This document shows, one piece after another, positions 55,635 through 64,000 of a stretch of DNA of 64,000 nucleotides. The stretch covers positions 4,032,001 through 4,096,000 of the forward strand of contig OY761159.2 of NCBI GenBank assembly GCA_963664395.2. Direction: 5' to 3'. The stretch comes from Candidatus Binatia bacterium (GTDB lineage Bacteria > Desulfobacterota > Binatia > Bin18). A model generated the notes under the pieces. That model saw only the letters and a list, made by a program, of their open reading frames with translations. It searched no databases and was not told where the DNA came from. Within the stretch, counting starts at the first letter, position 1; every line of letters begins with the position of its first letter. A program made the position numbers and the translations under genes.

Positions 55635-58472
55635 ATGACGCCAAGCCAATTCATCACCAAGTGGCACCCCTCCCAACTCAAAGAGCGCTCGGCGTCGCAA
55701 GAACACTTCATCGACCTGTGTCGGCTGCTGGATGAACCCACGCCCGCCGAAGCCGACCCTATCGGCGACCACTACTGCTTCGAGCGCGGTGCGCGTAAAG
55801 ACACCGGCGGCAAAGGTTGGGCCGACGTGTGGAAGCGTCACCACTTCGCCTGGGAGTACAAAGGCAAACACAAGAATCTGGACGCCGCCTTTAATCAGTT
55901 GCGGCAATCCGCCCTGGCCCTGGAGAATCCGCCCCTGTTGATCGTCTCGGACATGGCGCGGTTCCGTGTCCGCACCAATTGGACCAACAGCGTCAGCGAG
56001 ACCCACGAGTTTACGCTGGACGATCTCGCGGACGCAGCCACGCGCAATATCTTAAAATGGGCGATGTCCGAGCCCGAACGGCTCCGGCCCGGCGAAACTC
56101 GCCAAACCGTCACCGAACGCGCGGCCACCACTTTTGCCGCCCTGGCGCAGGCGTTACGGGAGCTCGGCCACGAGAGTCACGTCGTTGCGCATTTCGTGAA
56201 CCGTCTCGTCTTCTGCATGTTCGCCGAAGACGTGGGCCTGCTGCCGAACAACATGTTCACGCGGATGTTGGAACGCAGCCGGCTCAAGCCGGAGCAGTTT
56301 GTCGAGTATGCATCGCGTCTGTTTGGCGCGATGTCCACGGGTGGCGATGTCGGTTTCGAGGAAGTGGCGTGGTTCAACGGCGGGCTGTTCGACGATGACA
56401 CGGCCCTGCCGCTGGAGAAAGCCGACATTGACACCGTACTCGTGGCGGCGGCACTCGACTGGTCGGAGATTGATCCTTCGATACTGGGTACGCTGTTCTA
56501 GCGCGGGCTTGACCCGGACAAACGCTCGCAACTAGGCGCGCATTACACCGACCGGGACAAGATCATGCTGATCGTCGAGCCGGTGATAATCCGCCCCTGG
56601 CTGGCCGAGTGGGAGACGGCCAAGGCCGAGATTGTGTCGAGTCTGGAAAAGGAAACTGCCGCCAAATCAGCCTCTACACAGACCCGGCGACGTAGAGAGG
56701 CCGAGCGCCTGTTAGGTCAGTTCCTGGAGCGGCTGCGGAGTTTCACCGTGCTTGATCCTGCCTGTGGCTCTGGCAACTTCCTGTATCTGGCGCTTCATGC
56801 CCTCAAGGACTTGGAGCATCGCGTACAGTTGGAGGCCGAAGCGCTGGGCTTAGAGAGAGAATTCCCCGCCCTCGGTCCGGCCAACGTCAAGGGTATTGAG
56901 ATCAACCCCTACGCTGCCGAACTGGCCCGTGTGTCGGTCTGGATTGGCGAAATCCAATGGATGCGGCGCAACGGTTTCAACGAATCCCGCGCCCCGATCC
57001 TCAAACCGCTCGACACCATCGAATGCCGGGACGCCCTCCTGACGCCGGAGGGGAGGGAATCCGAGTGGCCCGAGGCCGATGTCGTGATCGGGAATCCACC
57101 GTTTTTGGGTAGCAAGCGAATGCGGGAGGTATTGAGCGACGAGTACACGGAAAGCTTGCGACAGTCCTATGCTGGTGCGGTCCCGGCATTCGCGGACCTT
57201 GTGTGCTACTGGTTCCATAGAGCGAGTGAGCTGGTAGCCGAGGAGAAGATTTCTCGTGGTGGCTTGGTCGCTACCAATTCGGTCCGGGACGGGAGGAGCC
57301 GAGTTGTGATCGACCGGATTGCTGAAAGCGGTATCATTTTCGAGGCATGGTCTGACGAGCCCTGGATAGTTGAAGGGGCTGCTGTGCGGGTCTCCATAGT
57401 CTGCTTCGCTGGCCAGGAAGCTGGACTTACTCCTCATCTGAATGGTGTGCCGGTGGGTTCCATCCATACTGACCTTACAGCAGACGGTGTTGATCTGACG
57501 CAAGCGGTTCAACAGGCCGAGAACAAAGGCGTAGCATTTGCGGGCAACAAGAAGTACGGCACGTTCGATATTCCCGGCGATCTTGCGCGAACTTGGTTAT
57601 GCCTGCCTGCCAATCCGAACGGCAAGCCGAACTCCGATGTCCTCAGGCCATGGATCAACGGGATGGATGTGGTCCGCCGCCCTGCTGGTAAGTGGATTAT
57701 CGACTTCGGTTCTTCCATGAGCGAATCTGATAGCGCCCTCTACGAAGTGCCGTTTGCCCATGTGGCGGAACACGTCAAGCCGACGCGCATTAAAGACCGC
57801 GCAAGACAGACCAGAGAACTCTGGTGGAGGCATGAACGTCCTCGCCCGGAAATGTGGAGGGTGCTGCAAAGTTTATCACGCTACATCGCAACTCCAGCGG
57901 TTGCAAAGTATCGCCCGTTCGTCTGGTGTGACGCTCGGATTTGTCCGGATCAGCAACTGATCGTCATCGCGCGCGACGACGACACAACGTTCGGTATCTT
58001 GCACAGCCGCTTTCACGAGGTCTGGTCGCTCCGGCTGGGAACCAGTCTGGAAGACCGTCCGCGCTACACGCCCACCACGACGTTCGAGACGTTCCCGTTT
58101 CCAGAAGGACTATCGCCTGACATCCCCGCCGCCGACTATGCCGACAATCCACACGCCGTTGCCATTGCCGAGGCCGCCCGGCGGCTGGTCGAGTTGCGCG
58201 ACCGCTGGCTCAACCCGCCCGAATGGGTGGAGTGGGTAGACGAACCGGTGCCCGGCTATCCCAAGCGCCCGGTTCCCCGCAACGAGGATGCCGCGAAAGA
58301 ACTCAAGAAACGCACCCTGACCAACCTGTATAACACTCGCCCACAATGGCTGGCCGACGCGCACACCGCCCTTGATGAAGCCGTGGCAGCGGCTTACGGC
58401 TGGGACGCTGATATTTCTGACGATGAGGCGTTGCGCGAACTGCTGGAGTTGAATCTGGCGCGAAGCGAGTGA
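55635..58472 (+). pseudogene. MmeI-like (type IIL/YeeA) restriction-modification enzyme interrupted by an in-frame TAG
   Basis: ERSASQEHF, ADVW..EYK, FNGGLF, GTLF*RGLDP..RSQLGAHYT, LDPACGSGNFL, GNPPF, RYTPTTTFETFPFP. TAG at 56499-56501; both ORFs are in the same frame. Confidence 0.9.
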
Positions 58473-58538
58473 AAAGTACCCGGCGGGAGGAGATGTTGGG
58501 TTACGTTTCGCTAAGGGTCCTCGTCGAGTGGGTGCGGT

Positions 58539-58567
58539 TTGACCAGGTCGCTTCTAGTTGCTACTTT
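58539..58567 (+). promoter_or_regulatory. Probable leaderless promoter of the TA pair
   Basis: TTGACC-17-TACTTT, then 7 nt to ATG 58575; no SD sequence. Confidence 0.55.
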
Positions 58568-58574
58568 TCCGTAC

Positions 58575-58868
58575 ATGAGAGCGGTTGGAATAAAAGTATT
58601 GAACAGCCGGTTAAGCGAGTATGTGCGGCTCGCTGCATCGGGCGAGACCATTCTGGTCACGGACCGCGACCGTGTTGTCGCGGAAATCGGTCCTCCGAGA
58701 GAAACCAGAAGCCCAATGCTTGCCGATGCACTGCTGGCCGAGGCCGTGCGCAAGGGGTGGCTGACGCCGCCAACGCTGCCCGCCACGGGGGAGCCTCCGA
58801 CTCCGGAACGAGTTGCGCCGCTCTCTACTCTTCTTGGCGAATTGGATGCCGATAGAAGCGAACGGTGA
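58575..58868 (+). CDS. Phd/YefM-family antitoxin
   Basis: MRAVGIKVLNSRLSEYVR..ASGETILVTDRDRVVA. Confidence 0.9.
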   Translation: MRAVGIKVLNSRLSEYVRLAASGETILVTDRDRVVAEIGPPRETRSPMLADALLAEAVRKGWLTPPTLPATGEPPTPERVAPLSTLLGELDADRSER

Positions 58869-59260
58869 TCTACCTCGATACCTCTGTTGTGCTCGCCCAA
58901 CTCCTGGCGGAAGACCGCCGCCCACCCATCTCGCTTTGGGACGGGGCCCTGGTGGCCAGCCGGTTGATGGAATACGAGGTCTGGACCCGACTACATGCGC
59001 GCGGACTTGCGGAGTCGCACGGCGAGGCCGCAAGCGGGCTCATCGGACGGGTCGCGTTGCTGGAGCTATCCCCACCAGTGCTCGCGCGCGCCCTGGATGC
59101 TTTTCCCGTGCCTGTTCGCACGCTCGACGCCCTGCATCTGGCGTCATGCGACTACCTGCGCAACCAAGGGCAGGCGGTCTCGCTTGCCAGCTACGATCGC
59201 CGGATGACCGCCGCTGCCCGCGCCCTGGCTATGCCGGTCTACGACCTGGAACCCTCCTGA
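58865..59260 (+). CDS. vapC: VapC PIN-domain toxin
   Basis: MIYLDTSV, RTLDALHLAS, SYDRRM. Confidence 0.9.
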   Translation: MIYLDTSVVLAQLLAEDRRPPISLWDGALVASRLMEYEVWTRLHARGLAESHGEAASGLIGRVALLELSPPVLARALDAFPVPVRTLDALHLASCDYLRNQGQAVSLASYDRRMTAAARALAMPVYDLEPS

Positions 59261-59261
59261 A

Positions 59262-59395
59262 CCGTGCGACGGATTACGGTCGGAACGAGGCGAGCGACGG
59301 AAAGGCGTTGCGCGAACTGCTGGAATTGAATCTGACGCGGGGTGAGTGAAAAGTGATTGGTAGCGGTGAAGAGATGTCAGGTTACGCTTCGCTAA
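59262..59395 (+). repeat. Diverged second copy of the MTase 3' end plus a truncated REP
   Basis: Matches 58381-58514. Core 59303-59354 vs 58426-58477 is 47/52 identical (ALRELLELNLTRGE* vs ALRELLELNLARSE*). Confidence 0.9.
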
Positions 59396-59478
59396 CTTGA
59401 GGCGGTAGCGGACATCGTGGACGAAAAGGCGCTGGCCTCCGCGCGGCAGCATGTTGCCGAGGCGCGCAAGTAGGAAAC
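59396..59478 (+). repeat. Diverged second copy of the CMD gene 3' end
   Basis: Encodes LEAVADIVDEKALASARQHVAEARK* vs LEAVTDIVDKRALASARHHIAEARK*. Confidence 0.95.
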
Positions 59479-59503
59479 AAATTTTCAGAGGGAGCGCAAA
59501 GAT

Positions 59504-59533
59504 GTCAGGCTGCGCTTCGCTAACCTGACCTAC
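59504..59533 (-). repeat. Complete GTAG-family REP
   Basis: GTCAGGCTGCGCTTCGCTAACCTGACCTAC; same family as 52371-52402. Confidence 0.8.
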
Positions 59534-59556
59534 AGCTCTAAGGATGGGGAGGGACG

Positions 59557-60512
59557 GTGACAAACGAAACCAGCGGATTTCGCTTATACCTGCAAGTGCG
59601 GATTGGAAATAACCTGAATACCGATGAGGAACTCCTCACAACCTACCTTGATGGGCGAGAGGTGACGATCAGACCCAGCTATGGGCCTCCGTCGATTTCA
59701 AAAGCGGAGTGGCTCGTCTTCGAGGCGCGTGGGTTCCCCACCGAACCGGAAGCGCGTACTTTCGGCGAGCGGCTCAGAGCAAACGTACAGCTTGCGGCGC
59801 TTTGTTCCAGCCCTGGTACGTTGATACGGGCCTAGACGAGGTCTTAGGTTCGATCAACGAAGAATACTATCGGTCAAAGGGCTGGCTGAAACCCCACCAG
59901 CGGCACGGCGATGATGTACATGGTCTCTTAATTCTCCCCGATGATGACAATACGGTGTTTAGCCGCGGCCGGGCGAAGGGAACGACCAAATCGGATCCTA
60001 AGCTCTTCCTTGAGGCAATGCGCGAACTAGCCGATCAACCGTCAGTCACAGAACCTACAATCGCTCTTTCAGTGCGGCTCCTGAATCTTGCTCACATCAA
60101 TTCTCAGCCACCCGCCAGAATCGTCCTCGCTGTTTCAGCCGTCGAGACGGTCGCTCAGGACGAGAATTGGACTGATGAGCAACGTGCTTTGATAAAGAAT
60201 CTCGCTGTGGAGATTGAAGATCCAGAAGTCAAAGAAGCCGTCAAACGTATGCATATGCATAAGATCAGCATACTACAGGGGATAAAACGGGTGCTGGATA
60301 ACAATAGCCTCGGCCATCTGTGGGGAGAGTGGAAAGACCTTTATGAGCGCCGCAGTCGTTTCTTTCATGGAGGCAGAGAGTTCACAAGGCAGGAGATCCA
60401 GAAACTTGCTTCCGACGCCCTGAAGCTCTGCGGCAAGATTATTCTTGGGATCATCAAGCGAACGGGCCTCAAGCTGCCATCTGTTGCCAGCGTGAATTTC
60501 AGAGGTATCTAA
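59557..60512 (+). pseudogene. Frameshifted HEPN-domain (Apea-like) protein
   Basis: ORF1 (...LAALCSS) continues in the -1 frame near 59810 (VDTG...). C-terminus has AVSAVE and LYERRSRFFHG (RxxxxH). Confidence 0.7.
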
Positions 60513-60631
60513 CACGCAGCAAGCCTTAATGACTGCTACGCCTTGTTCTCAACGAGCCCCGGCGATAGACAAGCGCGGGAGTTTTTGTTTTTCTAGGCAG
60601 CCTCTACCATGAACCCATAAGGAGAACGCGT

Positions 60632-61645
60632 ATGCTGCCAGTTGGTTATCTCCCCTGTACTCAAGACCCCCCGTCCGGGACGAATATGGGGCGGGTGATT
60701 GATGAAGTGATTGCCGAAGCCCAGGCCGCCGAGGCCAGTGGCTGGGACGGCTGTTTTCTGACCGAACACCACCAACAGGAAGATGGCTATCTGCCCAACC
60801 CGTTGCTGCTGGCCGGATTGGTTGGGATGAAGACTGAGCGCCTGAAGGTTGGGACGTGCGTGCTGTTGATGCCGCTCCACCATCCCGTTCATGTTGCGGA
60901 AGACTGTGCCGTGATTGACCAGGCGACCAAGGGGCGTCTCGTCCTGAGCATCGGTGTGGGCTATCAGCCGCACGATTTCGAGGCGTTCGAGATTCCGATC
61001 ACCGAGCGAGCCACCCGGACCGAAGAAGCCGTCGATATTATCCGCAAGAGCTGGACGGGTGAGCGCTTCTCTTTTGAGGGCAAACATTTTCACTATCAGG
61101 ACACTTTGATTACGCCCGGTCCGAGTCAGCAGCCGGGCCCGCCGATCTGGATGGCGTCGTGGACGCCGGTCGGGCTGCGCCGTGCGGGCCGGCTGGCGGA
61201 TGGCTGGATCGCCGATCCGGTGCAGAGTCTCAGCGTCATTAAAGACTATGCCGCCCGCTATCGCGCCGCGGCGGAAAAGGCTGGCCGCAAGCCGTATATC
61301 TGCCTGATGCGGGATGCCGTGCTGGCCGACAGCATGGCCGACGCCGAAGCCGCCAGCGAGCCGACCATGTATACCCACCGTTTCTACTTTCAGTACGACG
61401 CCTATGTCCCGGATGAACATATCAAAGATGTCAAGACGCCCGAAGAGCTGACCTTTGCCACGGCCTCCACAGAACGGCTGATCGTCGGTTCGCCCGAAGA
61501 CTGCCTGGAGCAACTCCAGATGTGGAAAGAGGCCATTCAGCCGGACTACTTGATTATGCGCTTTCGACAGCCGGGCGGCCCGTCGCATGAGCATACGTTG
61601 CAGGCGATACGAACCTTTGGTGAAAAGGTGATTCCGAATTTGTAA
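60632..61645 (+). CDS. LLM-class flavin-dependent oxidoreductase
   Basis: FLTEHH, HPVHVAEDCA, KGRLVLSIGVGY, PPIWMA, RAGRLADGW. Confidence 0.92.
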   Translation: MLPVGYLPCTQDPPSGTNMGRVIDEVIAEAQAAEASGWDGCFLTEHHQQEDGYLPNPLLLAGLVGMKTERLKVGTCVLLMPLHHPVHVAEDCAVIDQATKGRLVLSIGVGYQPHDFEAFEIPITERATRTEEAVDIIRKSWTGERFSFEGKHFHYQDTLITPGPSQQPGPPIWMASWTPVGLRRAGRLADGWIADPVQSLSVIKDYAARYRAAAEKAGRKPYICLMRDAVLADSMADAEAASEPTMYTHRFYFQYDAYVPDEHIKDVKTPEELTFATASTERLIVGSPEDCLEQLQMWKEAIQPDYLIMRFRQPGGPSHEHTLQAIRTFGEKVIPNL

Positions 61646-61658
61646 GGAGTTTTCAGTG

Positions 61659-61696
61659 ACCCTCACCCCGACCCTCTCCCAGGGGGAGAGGGAGAG
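61659..61696. repeat. Palindromic REP-like element (CCCTCTCCC..GGGAGAGGG type)
   Basis: ACCCTCACCCCGACCCTCTCCCAGGGGGAGAGGGAGA. Confidence 0.7.
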
Positions 61697-61702
61697 GACA
61701 AG

Positions 61703-63079
61703 ATGATGGAAATTCCGCTGACTCAACATCTGGCCGCATTCTGTACCCGGCTCGATTACGACAGCCTGCCGGCCGAGGTGGTTGATCGGGCCAAGTATTT
61801 CTTTCTCGACTATCTGGGCGTTGCGGTGCGTGGCTCGCTGTCCGATTCCAGTCAGCCGCTCTACCGTATGGCGAACAGCCTTGCTTCGGCTGGGCGGGGA
61901 ACGGTCTTAGGCCGTCTGGAGAAAGTGGACTTCCCGTATGCGGCCCTGGCCAACGGCACGTCCGCGCATAGTCTGGAACTGGACGACACCCATCAGGCCG
62001 GGTCGATTCATCTCGGTGTGTCGGTCTTTTCTGCGACGTTAGCCGTTGCGGAGCAGGTTGGGGCGAGTGGCAAGGATTTTCTCACAGCTAGTGTTGTCGG
62101 CTTTGAGGTTGCCGCCCGGCTGGCCATGGCGCTGAAACCGGCAGAGCACTATGGGCGCGGATTTCATCCGACGGCGACCTGCGGTACCTTTGGCGCCGCG
62201 GCCAGTGCGGCCAAGCTGCTGGGGTTGAGTGAGGCGCAACTGCTGTCCGCCCTCGGCATCGCCGGCAGTCAGTCTGCCGGGTCTATGGAGTTCCTGGCCG
62301 AGGGTGCCTGGACGAAACGTCTCCATCCGGGCTGGGCCGCATTCAGCGGTATCCACGCCGCTCTGTTGGCAAAAGAAGGCTTCATTGGTCCGCGCACGAT
62401 CCTCGAAGGACGGGACGGCTTTCTCAAGGCGTATGGGGTGCGGCCCGAGCCGAGCAAAATCAGCGAGGGTCTGGGCGAGGATTTCCAGATTCTCCATACC
62501 GCAGTCAAACCGCACGCCTGCTGCCGCTACACTCAGGCTCCGATTGATGCCGTGCTCAACATCGTACAGGAACACGATGTGAAACCGGAGCAAGTCGAGC
62601 GGGTCACCATCGGCATGCTCGAAACAGGTATTCCGGTGATCTGTGAGCCGGGCGAGCGCAAGTCTCGGCCCACGAATGTAGTTGAGGCTCAGTTCAGCCT
62701 GCCCTTTGGCGTTGCGGTGGCGGTGGTCAAACGCCGGGCCGGGCTGGATGAATTTTCTGAAGTCATGTTGGAGGACGCCGCAATCGTAGCGCTCATGTCC
62801 AAGGTCGGGTACGAACGTGACCCGGAGCTGGAAAAAAACTATCCCAAGGAATGGCCGGCCTGGGCGCGTGTCTCTCTGACCAATGGACAGGAAGTCTCTG
62901 CTCAGGTCCGTTTTCCAAAAGGCGATCCGGAGAACCCGTTATCGTGGGATGAACTGCGGGTGAAATACGCCGATCTCGTGAGCGCGGTGTGGGCGGACTC
63001 CCGCGCTGCCTGGGCATGCGAGGCTGTCCGGACGCTTGAAGACGAATCCGATCTCCGCAATGTGACCCAAGGGCTGTAA
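61703..63079 (+). CDS. MmgE/PrpD family protein
   Basis: NGTSAHSLELDDTH, GFHPTATCG, KPHACCRY, AQFSLPF, PKGDPENP. Confidence 0.95.
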   Translation: MMEIPLTQHLAAFCTRLDYDSLPAEVVDRAKYFFLDYLGVAVRGSLSDSSQPLYRMANSLASAGRGTVLGRLEKVDFPYAALANGTSAHSLELDDTHQAGSIHLGVSVFSATLAVAEQVGASGKDFLTASVVGFEVAARLAMALKPAEHYGRGFHPTATCGTFGAAASAAKLLGLSEAQLLSALGIAGSQSAGSMEFLAEGAWTKRLHPGWAAFSGIHAALLAKEGFIGPRTILEGRDGFLKAYGVRPEPSKISEGLGEDFQILHTAVKPHACCRYTQAPIDAVLNIVQEHDVKPEQVERVTIGMLETGIPVICEPGERKSRPTNVVEAQFSLPFGVAVAVVKRRAGLDEFSEVMLEDAAIVALMSKVGYERDPELEKNYPKEWPAWARVSLTNGQEVSAQVRFPKGDPENPLSWDELRVKYADLVSAVWADSRAAWACEAVRTLEDESDLRNVTQGL

Positions 63080-63124
63080 TCGCAAGCGAGTGTCGTGCTG
63101 GACGCTCAGTAGGGGGAATAAAGA

Positions 63125-64000
63125 ATGGACTATGGTTATGTGTTTCCTGGTAGAGTGCGTGTCTACAAAGATGTCATGTTGGCGGAAAAGCGCGGCTATA
63201 CGCACGCCTGGCTGTATGACTCCCAAATGTTGTTCAGTGATGTCTATGCGTCCCTGGCCCTGTGCGCGGTGAATACCAAAAAAATCAAGCTAGGGCCTGG
63301 GGTGACCAATCCGGCCTCACGTATTGCGCCGGTCACCGCGTGTTCCATAGCCTCGATTAACGAACTTGCTCCGGGCCGGACTATCCTCGGAATCGGCACC
63401 GGCAATACCGCCCGGCGGACCTTAGGCATGCCGGCGGCCCGGCTGGCTGATCTGCGTGAACACGTTGAAACCTGCCGCGAGCTGTTAGCCGGCAAGACCA
63501 CAGCCTACCAGGAAGGCCAGCGTCGGCGGATGGTGCAGTTTCTGAATCCCAAAGGCGGCTGGATCAATATCAAGAAAAAAGTACCCATTTATGTCGCGGC
63601 GAGTGGTCCGAAGACCTTAGAGCTTGCGGGTGAAATTGCGGACGGCATTATCCTGTTTGGGGCGGTCAGCCCCAGTTTGATTGAATTCGCAATGAACCAT
63701 ATCCGGACCGGGGCCGAGCGAGCCGGGCGAGATCCCAAGCGGATCTATACCTTGTGTATGACCGCGTTCCATCTCACCAGTAAGGGCGAGCAACTGGAAA
63801 CCTCGAAAGTCCGCAAAGCGGTTGGACCGTTTGTCTCGTCCTCCAGTAATATTTTTGCCTTTTCCTGCCCCGACCCGAACGATCTGCCGGCTGACCTGCG
63901 GGATGATTTAATGGCCTTCAAAAATGCGTATCGTGCGCCGGAAGGGTCTATCGAAACCCGCCACCTCAAACTTTACGCAGACTATCTGCAAGGCTTTCAG
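63125..64000 (+). CDS. LLM-class oxidoreductase (Mer-like), runs off the window
   Basis: Not in the ORF track. Manual translation MDYGYVF...AEKRGYTHAWLYDSQ...LGPGVTNP...APGRTILGIGTG...AASGPKTLELAGEIADG. Confidence 0.9.
   Translation, partial: MDYGYVFPGRVRVYKDVMLAEKRGYTHAWLYDSQMLFSDVYASLALCAVNTKKIKLGPGVTNPASRIAPVTACSIASINELAPGRTILGIGTGNTARRTLGMPAARLADLREHVETCRELLAGKTTAYQEGQRRRMVQFLNPKGGWINIKKKVPIYVAASGPKTLELAGEIADGIILFGAVSPSLIEFAMNHIRTGAERAGRDPKRIYTLCMTAFHLTSKGEQLETSKVRKAVGPFVSSSSNIFAFSCPDPNDLPADLRDDLMAFKNAYRAPEGSIETRHLKLYADYLQGFQ

Larger units (their letters stand above)
55536..59478 (+). mobile_element. Integrase-less insertion bounded by 83-bp direct repeats (3' end of the CMD gene)
   Basis: 55536-55618 and 59396-59478 match at 76 of 83 positions. 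Confidence 0.7.

Noticed and set aside
56499-56501. Pyrrolysine or genome-wide TAG recoding
   Set aside because: TAG ends many ordinary genes in this window, and no pyl genes are seen; a point mutation is simpler.
55635-59478. Diversity-generating retroelement TR/VR pairs
   Set aside because: Mismatches are not restricted to adenines in either copy, and no reverse transcriptase is present.
55536-59533. Classical integron, prophage or IS element
   Set aside because: No intI, integrase, transposase or phage genes, no attC-like RYYYAAC...GTTRRRY sites recognised, and no terminal inverted repeats.
60555-60592. Rho-independent terminator after the HEPN gene
   Set aside because: A T-tract is present but the stem is too imperfect to call.

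Overview
A GC-rich (about 58-60% by eye) bacterial chromosomal window, almost fully coding. It is dominated by catabolic and redox genes: 4 LLM-class flavin oxidoreductases, 3 SDRs, 2 amidases, amidohydrolases, hydantoinase A/B plus pxpABC, boxC-boxB-benzoate-CoA ligase, two carotenoid-cleavage oxygenases, a CaiB CoA-transferase and MmgE/PrpD. It also carries glnS, a CdaA-YbbR diadenylate cyclase and a large class III cyclase-ATPase-TPR protein. This gene repertoire resembles Binatia/Entotheonella-like, often sponge-associated lineages (inference only). No rRNA, tRNA, CRISPR array, integrase or transposase was seen. Small accessory modules sit between the core genes: 5 toxin-antitoxin loci, a NucS-like gene splitting hyuB from hyuA, a HEAT-hydrolase/HEAT pair, an MmeI-like RM gene and a HEPN gene. 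The most striking structure is at 55.5-59.5 kb. It is a nested, integrase-free insertion in which the 3' end of the upstream gene is duplicated after each cargo (CMD gene end 76/83 nt identical; MTase gene end 47/52 nt core), and two of the junctions fall at the same position inside a truncated GTAG-type REP. Two tandem arrays (21 x 10 bp; 4 x 18 bp, each unit containing TTGACA) abut predicted -35 elements. Five decayed genes and many micro-duplications suggest frequent slippage and deletion. All calls come from reading motifs by eye; no database searches were run.
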